DNA from: a virus
Lineage: Duplodnaviria; Caudoviricetes
Virus record (IMG/VR): IMGVR_UViG_3300037470_001281
Span: 1 to 41,087 of that record
Reading direction: 5' to 3' (one strand)
Length of the DNA: 41,087 nucleotides
Part shown: one piece after another, positions 1-9,694 of the stretch
Layout of the letters: each line of letters starts with the position of its first letter
Numbering within the stretch: position 1 is the stretch's first letter
Notes under the pieces: generated by a model
What the model was told of the DNA's origin: nothing
Databases searched by the model: none
The model's input: only the letters and a program-made list of their open reading frames with translations
Position numbers and translations under genes: made by a program

Positions 1-222
1 ATGAAGCGTCGCTTCCGCTACCGCCATCGCCTGGCGGCGGCGAACCCTCGCGCCGCCCTGGTCTCCGAGATCCTGATCGTGAAGATCGAGGGGGAATGGT
101 GGATGCACATCTATGCGCGCGGCGTGCGCGCCGGCTGTCTCCGGGTCCCGCCGATCCTCGGCGCCGAGTTCTTGAACGCTCTGATGCCCGCCGGCGTGCG
201 GACGGAGGTGGAGATTGAATAG
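1..222 (+). CDS. Hypothetical phage protein (73 aa)
   Basis: ORF overlapping the next start; no motif recognised. Confidence 0.5.
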   Translation: MKRRFRYRHRLAAANPRAALVSEILIVKIEGEWWMHIYARGVRAGCLRVPPILGAEFLNALMPAGVRTEVEIE

Positions 223-457
223 CCAGACCCTTTCCGCTCGACTGATCCGGCAGTATTCGGGTGCGCCGGCGGGCTGGCAGGTGGAGCTCTGCGAGAACCA
301 GGCAGGGGTGCGATTTCACCGCGCGGTCCGCGAGCATCCAAACGTGATGCTGCAGGTCAGCCCGGACGGCTCACTTCACGGTCTGCTCTGTGGCCCGACT
401 CCAGCCGAGGTCCAGGCAGTCCTCTCCTTCCTCGACGCGTGTCGGCGGGGCAATTGA
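215..457 (+). CDS. Hypothetical phage protein (80 aa)
   Basis: TTG start after GGAGG; coupled to neighbours. Confidence 0.55.
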   Translation: MNSQTLSARLIRQYSGAPAGWQVELCENQAGVRFHRAVREHPNVMLQVSPDGSLHGLLCGPTPAEVQAVLSFLDACRRGN

Positions 458-561
458 GCCGCCGCCAATGGAACGGCCTGACCCTACTGGCGCTCGTGCT
501 TGGCCTGGTGCTCTGGCTCGGCGCGATCGCCGTGCTCGTGCTCCTGGGGCCGGGACAGTGA
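454..561 (+). CDS. Single-TM micro-protein (35 aa, MSRRQWNGLTLLALVLGLVLWLGAIAVLVLLGPGQ)
   Basis: Translated by hand; TTGA and GTGA 4-bp overlaps at both ends; one hydrophobic helix; below ORF-track cutoff. Confidence 0.6.
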   Translation: MSRRQWNGLTLLALVLGLVLWLGAIAVLVLLGPGQ

Positions 562-920
562 CGAGCCGTGCCGAGGGATCGGACTCGGCGCTGCGGCATG
601 TCCTCGCGCTCATCGACGCCCATTCCTACGACATGGGCACCGGCCTGGGCGGGTGGAGCATCCGCCCGACGGAGCTGCGGGAGCACGTGGCCTCCCGCCT
701 CTCACCCCGCGCCGGTGGACAGGCCGCTCCGCTGGCGGTTGGACCACTGGAGCGCGTCCGGCCCCTCGCCGGCCTCCCCGACCGCTGGTGGGGCTCCTGT
801 CCCTGGTGCGCCCGGGTGGTGGTGCTGAACCCGGAGCAGTTCGCCGGCCGCGCGGAGTGCACCTGCCGGTGCGGGTACGCCGAGGCCCATGACTACAGCA
901 CCCTGCCGGCGTGGAGGTAG
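558..920 (+). CDS. Hypothetical protein with C-terminal Zn-ribbon-like motif
   Basis: CPWC...CTCRCG; GTG start overlapping upstream stop. Confidence 0.55.
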   Translation: MTSRAEGSDSALRHVLALIDAHSYDMGTGLGGWSIRPTELREHVASRLSPRAGGQAAPLAVGPLERVRPLAGLPDRWWGSCPWCARVVVLNPEQFAGRAECTCRCGYAEAHDYSTLPAWR

Positions 921-923
921 AGC

Positions 924-1598
924 ATGACCGCCCCCGCGATCCACCTGTTCACGATTGACCCCGGCCTCGATGAGGTCGCGATCGCCCACTGGACCGTCCC
1001 GGCCCGCCAAGGGCTCACCGGCCAGGCCCTGGTCCGGGATCACCTGAGCTCCATGACGGTGATCACCACGAAGCCCGCCGACCGGACCTCGCGCCGGCTC
1101 GGGATCATCGCGGCAGGGGTGCGCGACTGGGTGTCCGGGCGACTCGAAAGCGTCGGCCCCTCCGTGTCGAGGGCGGACGTCTACGCCGTGCTCGAGATGC
1201 CGGCCCGCGGTGGCCTCTACTGGCGGAAGGAGGCCGCGAAGGTCCCACTCGAGGCGCTGCTGCGCAGCATGCAGGCGCACATGGCGGCCAGTGGGGTTAT
1301 CGCGTCGGTGTTCGATTCCCTGGGGATCGAGGTGTGGTACTGGCCGGCCACCGGCGCGAAAACCCAACGCCAGGATCTCGCCCTCAAGGTCCTCAAGGAC
1401 GTCAAGAACAACGGCTGGGCGAACCGTCGCTATCCCCCGGACCTCCTGGACGCCGTCGCCCAGGGCCTCCAGGTGATGCCCTACTTCGTCGATCTGGCCC
1501 ACGGTCGCCCGCTCCCTGGTCACGGCAGCATCCTCGGCCGAGCGGCGAAGGCCGTCGACGGCCACGGCGGGAGCCGCGGCGGCCGTGGGGCGGCGTGA
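924..1598 (+). CDS. RuvC-like Holliday junction resolvase
   Basis: N-terminal TIDPG, central VLEMP, C-terminal DLLDAVA match the RuvC acidic catalytic pattern. Confidence 0.75.
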   Translation: MTAPAIHLFTIDPGLDEVAIAHWTVPARQGLTGQALVRDHLSSMTVITTKPADRTSRRLGIIAAGVRDWVSGRLESVGPSVSRADVYAVLEMPARGGLYWRKEAAKVPLEALLRSMQAHMAASGVIASVFDSLGIEVWYWPATGAKTQRQDLALKVLKDVKNNGWANRRYPPDLLDAVAQGLQVMPYFVDLAHGRPLPGHGSILGRAAKAVDGHGGSRGGRGAA

Positions 1599-2080
1599 TG
1601 GTGGGACTCAGCCTGACCCAGCCTTGGGCCTCATTGGTGGCGTGCGGTGCGAAGCGCTGGGAGACCCGAAGCTGGCCGACCAGGTACAGGGGGCCTGTCG
1701 CGATCCACGCGGCAAAGAGCTTCCCACCCTGGGCACGGGAGTTTGCGGAGAGCGCCGATGTCCTGGCGGTCCTACCGAGCAGGAAGGAACCACTGGGCGC
1801 GATTGTGGCCGTGGCCTATCTGGCTGACTGCCAGCGCACTGAGGAGCTGGTCGAGGATGGTTCGATCCCGGTCGGTAGCCTCGAGTGGAAGTGCGGCGAC
1901 TATTCGCCCGGCAGATTCGCTTTCTGGCTGCGCGACATCCGGCCGCTGCCGCTCCCGATTGGGTACCGGGGAGCACTTGGCCTCTGGTCTGTTCCCCCAG
2001 AGGTCCAGCATCAGCTCGAAAGTGAGGTTGCAGGCTTGCTACCCCACCCAAACCACCCGAACCGAACGAGGGCCCGATGA
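1598..2080 (+). CDS. ASCH domain protein
   Basis: LSLTQPWASLVACGAKRWETRSWPTRYRGPVAIHAAK and RGALGLW; TGATG-coupled start at 1598. Confidence 0.9.
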   Translation: MVGLSLTQPWASLVACGAKRWETRSWPTRYRGPVAIHAAKSFPPWAREFAESADVLAVLPSRKEPLGAIVAVAYLADCQRTEELVEDGSIPVGSLEWKCGDYSPGRFAFWLRDIRPLPLPIGYRGALGLWSVPPEVQHQLESEVAGLLPHPNHPNRTRAR

Positions 2081-2256
2081 AGCTTTTCGGCCAGTTGGTG
2101 CGCACGGTCGTCAACACCGCGGCCCTGCCGGTGGCGGTGGTGCATGACATGATAACCCTCGGTGGCACGATCGACGAGCACGGGGAGCCCCACACCCTCA
2201 CCGCAGTCAAGCGCCTGAAGCGGGAAGCCGCCCCGGACGCGGGTAAGGAGGGGTGA
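2077..2256 (+). CDS. Small phage protein (59 aa, MKLFGQLVRTVVNTAALPVAVVHDMITLGG...)
   Basis: Hand translation; ATGA/GTGA overlaps at both ends. Confidence 0.7.
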   Translation: MKLFGQLVRTVVNTAALPVAVVHDMITLGGTIDEHGEPHTLTAVKRLKREAAPDAGKEG

Positions 2257-2471
2257 TGGAGAAGACCTACCGCTGCCGCGGCGACCGTGATGCAGTAATC
2301 AGTGCCGTCCGCGTGGAAGCCGGTCTCTCGCACGACTGTGTGACCGTCTGGAACAGGCGGGGCCTCGCCGGCTCGATGATGGTGAACCGGGGTGACGGTG
2401 ATGTCATCGCTCGGCGGTTGCTGCCGGACGATCAGCTCATGAAAACCGCCAACGTTGGGAGGGAGGGGTGA
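2253..2471 (+). CDS. Hypothetical protein (72 aa)
   Basis: RBS AAGGAGG, coupled ORF. Confidence 0.6.
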   Translation: MMEKTYRCRGDRDAVISAVRVEAGLSHDCVTVWNRRGLAGSMMVNRGDGDVIARRLLPDDQLMKTANVGREG

Positions 2472-2734
2472 TGGCTGTTCGAGTGTTCAAGACCTTCGTT
2501 CCACGGAGCACCGACGGCTGGACCCCGGATGCAGTCGGCTTATTCCGCGCCGCCAGCGCATCGAAGGCCCGGTATCTGTGCTACCTGTCCGCCCGTGATG
2601 CCGGGTGGCCAGTCCTGTTGACCGACATTCTGGTGCGCCGGGCCGCTGAGTACGACTCCGCCAGCTTCTCCCAAGGCTCGATGCCCAGCTATGCACGATT
2701 TCCCACCCCGGAGGCCCCCCATGCCGCTCCCTAA
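2468..2734 (+). CDS. Hypothetical protein (88 aa)
   Basis: RBS GGAGG, coupled ORF. Confidence 0.65.
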   Translation: MMAVRVFKTFVPRSTDGWTPDAVGLFRAASASKARYLCYLSARDAGWPVLLTDILVRRAAEYDSASFSQGSMPSYARFPTPEAPHAAP

Positions 2735-3071
2735 GCCCGCGAGCGCCCCCCTCGGCCCCGAGTTCCGCCTTGGCCTGATTGCCGCGACGATCCTGCTCGG
2801 CCGCCGGCTGCATGAAATGAAGGCCGACCACAACGTCGACCAGATGGCGTGGGCGCATCGCCTGGTGCACCCCATCCTGGAGGAGCTCATCGACCCGCCC
2901 GTCGAGGACTGGGAGGCGACGGAGGACGACCTGGTGGCGCGAGGGCTGATCCCCGAGGCCGGCCCTGATCCGTTCCTCGGTCATGTCAGCGCGCGCGGGG
3001 AAATCACCGTCACACGAAACCCGGAGTTTGCGGAGCCGGAGCAGAAGGGAGGGGAACGTGGAAACGGTTGA
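2721..3071 (+). CDS. Hypothetical protein
   Basis: GGAGG RBS before ATG 2721. Confidence 0.6.
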   Translation: MPLPKPASAPLGPEFRLGLIAATILLGRRLHEMKADHNVDQMAWAHRLVHPILEELIDPPVEDWEATEDDLVARGLIPEAGPDPFLGHVSARGEITVTRNPEFAEPEQKGGERGNG

Positions 3072-3612
3072 ACAGGCCGCGCCGGTGCCGACAGCCCGGT
3101 TTACGGTGGATGAGGCGCAGGCGGCGGCCGACGAATGGGGCGCGAATTGTGGCCCCGGCGCCCTGGCCGGCGTCCTGGGGCTGACGCTCTCGGAGGTGCG
3201 GTCCCGCCTGGTCGGCTTCGAGGAGAAGGGGCACACCAACCCCACGATGATATACTCGGCGCTGGAACTGCTCGGCGTGAAGTACCGCCGGGTGCGCAAG
3301 CCCACTGAGTGGCCGCGCTTCGGCCTGGTCAGGATTCAATGGGGCGGCCCGTGGATGGCCCCGAAGGTCCCCGGCTTCGTTCGGTACATGCACACCCACT
3401 GGGTCGGCGCGGCGACGGCCGACTCGGGCGCCGTCCAAGTGTTCGACATCAACTGCATTTGCTCGGGTGGCTGGGTCCCCCTCGATGAGTGGAGCTGGGA
3501 GGTCGTGCCTAGGCTCCTGAAGGAAATCGAGTCCAAGGGCGACGGCACGTGGAGCATCGCCGGCGTCGTGGAAGTCACACCCGCCACCGGCGGGAAGGGG
3601 GAGGGGACATGA
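3058..3612 (+). CDS. Papain-fold C39-like cysteine peptidase domain protein
   Basis: NCGPGAL (Cys), THWV (His), VFD (Asp) in C39 order; GTG start with GGAGG. Confidence 0.6.
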   Translation: METVEQAAPVPTARFTVDEAQAAADEWGANCGPGALAGVLGLTLSEVRSRLVGFEEKGHTNPTMIYSALELLGVKYRRVRKPTEWPRFGLVRIQWGGPWMAPKVPGFVRYMHTHWVGAATADSGAVQVFDINCICSGGWVPLDEWSWEVVPRLLKEIESKGDGTWSIAGVVEVTPATGGKGEGT

Positions 3613-3884
3613 GTCGCACGCTATTCACCGACACCACGCTTTTGTACGCCGCTGCTGCCCGATGCAATTGCGGTGCCGGGCTGGCCTATCCTCTCGACTC
3701 AACCCTCGCTGTCTCGATGGGGGCGTGGGCCTGCTCTCGTGTGTCGCGCGGGAGGGTCTGCGGCTTGAGATGGCGTGCAAGCCACTTCTCGCAGGCCGTC
3801 CGTCCTTTGACGCGTGGATGGAAGTCCTCCACGAGGCTGGCGAACACCGCCGCACGCACTACGCCGCCCTGTGCCGGGCGGTGA
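3609..3884 (+). CDS. Cys-rich hypothetical protein (possibly truncated or chimeric)
   Basis: RCNCGAGLAYP...WACS; 3' part overlaps the next ORF. Confidence 0.4.
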   Translation: MSRTLFTDTTLLYAAAARCNCGAGLAYPLDSTLAVSMGAWACSRVSRGRVCGLRWRASHFSQAVRPLTRGWKSSTRLANTAARTTPPCAGR

Positions 3885-4243
3885 TCGAGATGGGCGAGGA
3901 GCGGGGGGTGGTGGAACTGCCGGAGGGCTGGGCGGTGGAATGGGTGCTGGCGAGCCCCACCTCGCTCCGCCCGCTCCCACCGTACCTCAAAGCCACTTGC
4001 CTGCGCAGCGAGACAACCCGACGCTCGGCAGGGGAGGATGTGGACAGCGTGCATTATGTCCCCGACCTCGACGCGCTGACGGTGGACATCTACCATGACG
4101 ACCTCGCGGATGAGGGGATGGAGCGGGGGAAGCAGTTGCCCGCCGTCATTGACTATGTCCGCGCCTTCGCCGCACGGGCCGCCGCCAGCGAGGCCAAGGC
4201 GCTGGGGAAGAAGGCCCGGCCCGAACAGGGTGGCGGTGCTTGA
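3770..4243 (+). CDS. Hypothetical protein (start uncertain: 3770 or 3881)
   Basis: Protein-like ORF whose stop overlaps the HNH start. Confidence 0.5.
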   Translation: MACKPLLAGRPSFDAWMEVLHEAGEHRRTHYAALCRAVIEMGEERGVVELPEGWAVEWVLASPTSLRPLPPYLKATCLRSETTRRSAGEDVDSVHYVPDLDALTVDIYHDDLADEGMERGKQLPAVIDYVRAFAARAAASEAKALGKKARPEQGGGA

Positions 4244-4605
4244 TGCCGAGTAAAACCCCCAAGCCCTGCAACCGCTTCGGCTGCCCACGCTTGACGAGGG
4301 GGCGATACTGCGAGGAGCACCAGAAGCAGGAGCGCCAGGTGAGCGACCAGGCACGCCGAGGGCAGCGGCACCAGCATGGGGGTGGCAACGACCCGGAGTG
4401 GCGAGCCAAGAGGGCGCGGTGTCTCGCCAGAGATCCCGTCTGCGTGGACTGTCGTGAGGCACCGAGCACGATCGCCGACCATGAGGTTCCGAGGCAGGAC
4501 GGTGGCAGCGACGACGACCAGAACCTAAGAGGGCGGTGCAAACGGTGTCACGACCGGAAGACGGCGCGCGAGCGGATGCGGCGACGCGGGAGGGCTGTCG
4601 GATGA
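4243..4605 (+). CDS. Packaging-associated HNH endonuclease (HK97 gp74-like)
   Basis: PKPCNRFGCP..YCEEH; CVDC..ADH..NLRGRCKRCHDRKT; directly upstream of TerS. Confidence 0.93.
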   Translation: MPSKTPKPCNRFGCPRLTRGRYCEEHQKQERQVSDQARRGQRHQHGGGNDPEWRAKRARCLARDPVCVDCREAPSTIADHEVPRQDGGSDDDQNLRGRCKRCHDRKTARERMRRRGRAVG

Positions 4606-4738
4606 GCGCGGCCAGGGAGGGGGGTGGTCGGAAACTTGTGTCCTCAGGGCGGGAAATCCGTCTGCCCAGGTCTTTTTTTTCGTCCCCGTTTCCCATGTTT
4701 GGGCGGCGGCGAGTTTTGGGGGCCGAGGTGGGCCGCTG
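4606..4738. other. Putative cos/packaging initiation region
   Basis: Non-coding gap between HNH and TerS with a G-run then T-run, the usual cos position in HNH-TerS phages; exact cut site not determinable. Confidence 0.55.
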
Positions 4739-5137
4739 ATGCCGCGCCCCCGCAAGCCGACCACGGTCCTCAAGCTCGTCGGCGCCGGCAAGAAGAACCC
4801 GGCCCGCCTCCGCGAGCGCGCCGACGAGCCCATCGACAACAACCCGCTCGGCGCTCCGCCGAAACGCCTCATGCCGACCGAGCGCAAGATCTGGTCTGAG
4901 CTCCAGGCGGAGCTCGTCGAGGGCGTGGCCCTGGCGAGCGATCGCCAGGCGTTCGAGGTGCTCGTGCGGCTGCTCGGCATGATGCGCACCAACGGGATCG
5001 CGGCCATGGAAGGGGCTCAGCTGAGCCAGATGAACAAGCTCTTCACCCTGTTCGGCATGACGCCGGCCGACCGATCCCGCGTGAAGGCCCCCCCGAAGAA
5101 CACGAAGAAGAACCCGTTTGCCCAGCGCGCCGGCTAA
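4739..5137 (+). CDS. terS: Terminase small subunit (P27 family)
   Basis: MPRPRKPT..LKL.G..NP and FGMTPADRSRV motifs. Confidence 0.92.
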   Translation: MPRPRKPTTVLKLVGAGKKNPARLRERADEPIDNNPLGAPPKRLMPTERKIWSELQAELVEGVALASDRQAFEVLVRLLGMMRTNGIAAMEGAQLSQMNKLFTLFGMTPADRSRVKAPPKNTKKNPFAQRAG

Positions 5138-6884
5138 ACCGAAGCGGCGGAAGGCCGCGAAGCGGGCGCGCCAGCGCAGCCCCGCGAAGTATCCGCACGT
5201 CGCGAAGGGCCTGGCCTACGCCCGCGACATCGTCAAGGGTCGGATCCCCGCCTGCCGGTGGGTACGGTTGGCCTGCCAGCGTCACCTCGACGACCTGAGG
5301 GCATCGAAGGCGACGTGGCGGAAGCGGTCCCCCTGGGTGTTCGACCAGGTGAAGGCGGAGTGGGCGTGCGAGTTCGCCGAGCTGCTCCCGCACGTGAAAG
5401 GACACTGGGCGATCGCCCAGCCGGGCGATCCCAAGTCGAACCGGATCCGGTTGGAGCCCTGGCAGTGCTTCGTGCGGATGGTGCAGTGGGGGTGGGTCGC
5501 ACGGGCGACGGGGCTTCGGCGGTTCGGGCGGAGCTACCTCGAGGTGCCCCGGAAGAACGGCAAGAGCGTGATCGCCGCGGTGGACGGGCTCAAGATGCTG
5601 GCGGACGACGGGGAACACGGCGCCGAAGTCTACAGTGGCGCCACGTCGGAGAAGCAGGCGTGGGAGGTGTTCCGGCCGGCTCGGCTGATGGCGCTGAACT
5701 CCCCGGAGTACCAGGAGCACTACGGCGTCCAGGTGAACGCCCAGAGCCTCACCATCCTGGCGAACGGCAGCCGGTTCGAGCCCGTGATTGGGAAGCCGGG
5801 GGACGGGGCCTCCCCCTCCCATGCGATCGTCGACGAGTACCATGAGCACCCGGACTCCACCCTCTACGACACGATGGTCACGGGGATGGGCGCCCGCCGG
5901 CAGCCGCTCCTCGAGGTGATCACCACGGCGGGCGACAACCTGGCCGGCCCCTGCTACGCGTTCCGCGAAGAGGTCTGCCGGATGCTCGATGGCACCCAGC
6001 CGAACGACCGCCTCTTCGGGATCATCTACACGATCGACGAGGCGGACGACTGGACCAGCGAGGAGGCGCTGATCAAGGCCAACCCCAACTTCGGGGTCTC
6101 GGTCGGCGGGGAGTGGCTGAAGGAGCAGCAGCGGGAAGCGACCCAGGACGCGCGGAAGCAGAACATCTTCAAGACGAAGCACCTGAACCTCTGGGTGGCG
6201 AGCCGCAGTCCGTGGATGAACATGGAGTGGTGGCACCGGCAGAAGGACTCCAACCTCCGCCCGGAGGACTTCTACGGGGAGCCGTGCTTCGGGGCGGGCG
6301 ACTTGGCCAGCAAGATCGACCTGGCCGCCACCACCCGGATCTTCCGGCGGATGATCGAGGGGAAGCCGCACTTCTTCGTTTTCACGCGGCACTACCTGCC
6401 CTCCGAGACGGTTAAGGATCCCGCCAACCGACACTATCAGGCGTGGGAGCACGAGGGCCTCCTGACGGTCACGGACGGGGAGCGCATCGACCAGGACCGG
6501 ATCCGGGACGACCTGGTCGCGGATGGGAAGGCGCACGGGTATGAGGTGCTGGCCTTCGACGAGTGGGGGGCCCAGGGGCTGGCGACGGACCTCGAGGCCG
6601 AGGGCCTGCAGGTCATCTTCGTGCCCATGAACGTGAAGCACCTCAGCAACCCGATGAAGGAAGTCGAGGCGCTGGTGAAGGCGGGACAGTTCCACCATGA
6701 CGGCAACCCGATCCTCGACTGGGAGATCTCCAACGTGACCTGCAAGGAAGACCCGAACGGCAACATCTTCCCCCGCAAAGAGTCGAAGGAGCGGAAGATC
6801 GACGCCGTGATCGCCCTGCTGATGGCAATGAGCCGCGCGATCCTGCCGGCCGAGGACTCCGGTTCCGTGGTGGAGTTCGGATGA
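5118..6884 (+). CDS. terL: Terminase large subunit
   Basis: LEPWQ, Walker A PRKNGKS, Walker B AIVDEYHEH, ITTAG, nuclease GDLASKIDL and KIDAVIALLMA. Confidence 0.98.
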   Translation: MPSAPAKPKRRKAAKRARQRSPAKYPHVAKGLAYARDIVKGRIPACRWVRLACQRHLDDLRASKATWRKRSPWVFDQVKAEWACEFAELLPHVKGHWAIAQPGDPKSNRIRLEPWQCFVRMVQWGWVARATGLRRFGRSYLEVPRKNGKSVIAAVDGLKMLADDGEHGAEVYSGATSEKQAWEVFRPARLMALNSPEYQEHYGVQVNAQSLTILANGSRFEPVIGKPGDGASPSHAIVDEYHEHPDSTLYDTMVTGMGARRQPLLEVITTAGDNLAGPCYAFREEVCRMLDGTQPNDRLFGIIYTIDEADDWTSEEALIKANPNFGVSVGGEWLKEQQREATQDARKQNIFKTKHLNLWVASRSPWMNMEWWHRQKDSNLRPEDFYGEPCFGAGDLASKIDLAATTRIFRRMIEGKPHFFVFTRHYLPSETVKDPANRHYQAWEHEGLLTVTDGERIDQDRIRDDLVADGKAHGYEVLAFDEWGAQGLATDLEAEGLQVIFVPMNVKHLSNPMKEVEALVKAGQFHHDGNPILDWEISNVTCKEDPNGNIFPRKESKERKIDAVIALLMAMSRAILPAEDSGSVVEFG

Positions 6885-7114
6885 GCCGCCTCACTTGGGC
6901 GCGAGAGCGACTCCGCGGGGCCGTGAACGCCCTCGGCTCGATTAGTGCAGCGAACCTGCTGAGAGACCTTCACATCTACGGCGGACTGTTCTTGATCGGC
7001 CTCGCCGGATGGTTCGGACACGTGTGGCCAGCGCCTCGGATGTGGACGGCTATTGCGCTGGGTGCGATATTGACAGTGTTCGGGCTCTTCGCTCCTACCA
7101 GGAGAACCAGGTAA
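6881..7114 (+). CDS. Small two-TM membrane protein between TerL and portal
   Basis: Two hydrophobic segments; ATGA/TAATG coupling. Confidence 0.7.
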   Translation: MSRLTWARERLRGAVNALGSISAANLLRDLHIYGGLFLIGLAGWFGHVWPAPRMWTAIALGAILTVFGLFAPTRRTR

Positions 7115-8748
7115 TGGGCATCTTCGACACGCTGCAGCGCGCCTCCCCGCGGGCCGACGTCACGTGGCGCGAGCTCGACGAGCGCTGGTACTCCGACGAT
7201 CCGGGCGCCGGCTCCACCTTCAGCGGCTTCGCGGTGACCCCCGATTCTGCGAAGCGCACCTCGGCGGTCTTCGCCTGCACCTCCAAGCTCTCGGAGATCG
7301 TCGCCTCGCTGCCCAGGGCGGTCTACCGCCGTCTCGATGACGGGTCGAAGAAGAAGGCGCGCGAGCACCCCCTTTACCGCACGATCCGCCACCAGCCCAA
7401 CCCCTGGCAGACCCCGATGGACTTCTTCGGCGGCGAGCAAATGCGGCTCGGTCTCCGCGGTGGCTCCTTCGCGCGCATCGTCTACAGCGGAAGGCGGGTG
7501 GAGCTGTGGCCCCATCCGCCGAGCCTGGTCACCGTCGAACAGCTCGCCTCGGGACGCCTGCGCTACGAGTTCCACGACCCGAAGGGCGGGCGCGCCACTA
7601 CGCTCTCCCAGGACGAGGTCCTGCACGTGCGGGATCTGCCGAGCGAGGACGGCCTGACGGGGCAGGCGCGGGCCGTCCTGGCGAGGGAGGCGATCGCCCT
7701 GGCCGCGGCGGGCGAGGCGTTCGCGGGTGGGGTGTTCAAGAACGACGCATCCGGCCGGCTGGTCCTGACCTACGATGGGAACACCCCCAACCAGGAAGAG
7801 CGCGACAAGCGCCGCGACAACTTCCAGGCCCAGTACGCCGGCTGGCGGCAGAACCGGAAGGCCCTGCACCTCTACGGGAACGCGAAAGTCTCAGAGGTCG
7901 GCCGCGACGTGGACGGCGGATTCATCGTGGACCCGCGGAAGTACCAGGTCGCCGACGTGGCCCGCTTCTGGGGGGTGCCGGGCTGGCTCATCGGCCTCGA
8001 GGAGAAGAGCACGAGCTGGGGCACGGGGATCGAGCAGCAGTTGATCGCCTTCGTCAACCTCACCGTCAAGGCGTGGACCGACCGGTGGGCCCAGGCGATG
8101 AGCCTGGCGCTCCTGGATGAGAGCGAACAGGACGAGTACTTCATCGAGTTCGACTTCCGCGACCTCCTCCGGGGTGACATCAAGAGCCGCTTCGATGCGT
8201 ACCGGCTCGGCCGAGAGATCGGGATGTACAGCCCGAACGACTTGCTCCGGAAGGAGAATGAAGCCCCGCGGCCCGGTGGCGACGTCTACCAGGATGAGAT
8301 CGCCGGAGCACCCGGGCGTCAGCCCGCCGAAGCAGCGCGCCCCGCGCCGCCGCCGTTCGAGGAGGAGGAGGAGGATGATCCCCGCGCCACCGGGATCCCT
8401 GCCCCGCTCCTGGCGGATGCGGCCCAGCGGCTTGCGGGCGCGGAGCACGGCGCGTTCACCGATCGGCTGCCGGCCTCGGCGAAGGGGCGGGCCGCCTACG
8501 ACGCCTACCGCCTGCAGGTGTTCGACCGCCACCGCGCCTTCGCACTGAAGACCCTCACCCCGCTCGGCCAGGCGTTCGCGCTGGCGGAGTGGCAGGTGGC
8601 GGCCGCAGCCGATCGGGTCGTGGCCACGGGGCTCGTCGCCACGGCGGAGCCCCCCGCCGAGGGCTGGCTGGAGATCCGTCGGGGCGCGATCGAGCAGCTC
8701 CTGGCGGAAACGCTGCAACCCCCGCCGGCAACCGTCCGCGCGGCCTGA
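7114..8748 (+). CDS. HK97-family portal protein with C-terminal extension
   Basis: SAVFAC, PNPWQT, EVLHVR, VARFWGVP, SWGTGIEQQ, LLRGD, SPNDL. Confidence 0.97.
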   Translation: MGIFDTLQRASPRADVTWRELDERWYSDDPGAGSTFSGFAVTPDSAKRTSAVFACTSKLSEIVASLPRAVYRRLDDGSKKKAREHPLYRTIRHQPNPWQTPMDFFGGEQMRLGLRGGSFARIVYSGRRVELWPHPPSLVTVEQLASGRLRYEFHDPKGGRATTLSQDEVLHVRDLPSEDGLTGQARAVLAREAIALAAAGEAFAGGVFKNDASGRLVLTYDGNTPNQEERDKRRDNFQAQYAGWRQNRKALHLYGNAKVSEVGRDVDGGFIVDPRKYQVADVARFWGVPGWLIGLEEKSTSWGTGIEQQLIAFVNLTVKAWTDRWAQAMSLALLDESEQDEYFIEFDFRDLLRGDIKSRFDAYRLGREIGMYSPNDLLRKENEAPRPGGDVYQDEIAGAPGRQPAEAARPAPPPFEEEEEDDPRATGIPAPLLADAAQRLAGAEHGAFTDRLPASAKGRAAYDAYRLQVFDRHRAFALKTLTPLGQAFALAEWQVAAAADRVVATGLVATAEPPAEGWLEIRRGAIEQLLAETLQPPPATVRAA

Positions 8749-8773
8749 AACCACGTCTGACCAAGGAGTTCCG

Positions 8774-9694
8774 ATGCCCAGCCCCCTGACCTACCTCCTG
8801 CAGAGCCTGAGCGGCCCGCTGCTGGTGGATCCGCGCGTGGGCGCTGCGATGGCCCAGATCCTCTCCCGCAAGCTCCTGCAGGGCGAGCAGTTCACCGGTG
8901 GGGAGCTGCACGCCGAGATGGGCGTGGGGGATGCGCGGGAGCAGGCGGCGGCGCGCGCGCCGGCCCAGCGGCAGGCCACCGAGGCGCGGATCGCGCTGAT
9001 CCCGGTCTATGGGATCATCGCCCAGCGGGCGCATTCCTTCGGGTGCTCGACGGAAGCGATCGGCGCTGCCCTGGACGCCGCGATGGCGGACACCCGGGTG
9101 GACGCGGTGCTCTTCGATGTGGATTCCCCGGGCGGGACGGTGCCGGGGGTGCCGGAGCTGGCGGCAAAGATCCGCGCCGCGGCGGCGGTGAAGCCGAGCC
9201 TGGCGCTCTCGAACAGCCTGGCGGCCAGCGCGGGGTACTGGCTGGCGGCCGCGACGGGCGAGACCTGGGTAACGCCGAGCGGTGATGCCGGCTCGATCGG
9301 GGTCTACACGATCCACCAGGACATGCGGGGCTACCTCGAGAAGGAAGGCGTCAAGATCACCGCCGTGAAGGCGGGGACCTACAAGGTCGAGGGGGCGCCC
9401 TGGGAGGAGCTGACGCCGGAGGCCGAGGCGTTCTTGCAGGATCGGGTCAACGAGGTGTACGGCTGGTTCGTGAAGGATGTCGCCGCCTTCCGCCAGGACA
9501 CCCCGGCGAAGGTGCGGGCCGGCTACGGCGAGGGGCGGGTGCTGGGGGCCAAGCAGTCCCTCGAGGCCAACCTGGTCGACCAGGTCGGGACGTTCGAGGA
9601 GGCGGTGGCACGCCTGAGCCAGCGGGTGCAGGGTGGACGTCGCGGCCCGCGGGCAGAGCTGCTCCGCGAGCGCATGGCTCTTGACGCCGCCTGA
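8774..9694 (+). CDS. Prohead maturation protease, S49 (SppA-like)
   Basis: DVDSPGG, AASAGYWLAA, GSIGV, AGTYK motifs. Confidence 0.95.
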   Translation: MPSPLTYLLQSLSGPLLVDPRVGAAMAQILSRKLLQGEQFTGGELHAEMGVGDAREQAAARAPAQRQATEARIALIPVYGIIAQRAHSFGCSTEAIGAALDAAMADTRVDAVLFDVDSPGGTVPGVPELAAKIRAAAAVKPSLALSNSLAASAGYWLAAATGETWVTPSGDAGSIGVYTIHQDMRGYLEKEGVKITAVKAGTYKVEGAPWEELTPEAEAFLQDRVNEVYGWFVKDVAAFRQDTPAKVRAGYGEGRVLGAKQSLEANLVDQVGTFEEAVARLSQRVQGGRRGPRAELLRERMALDAA

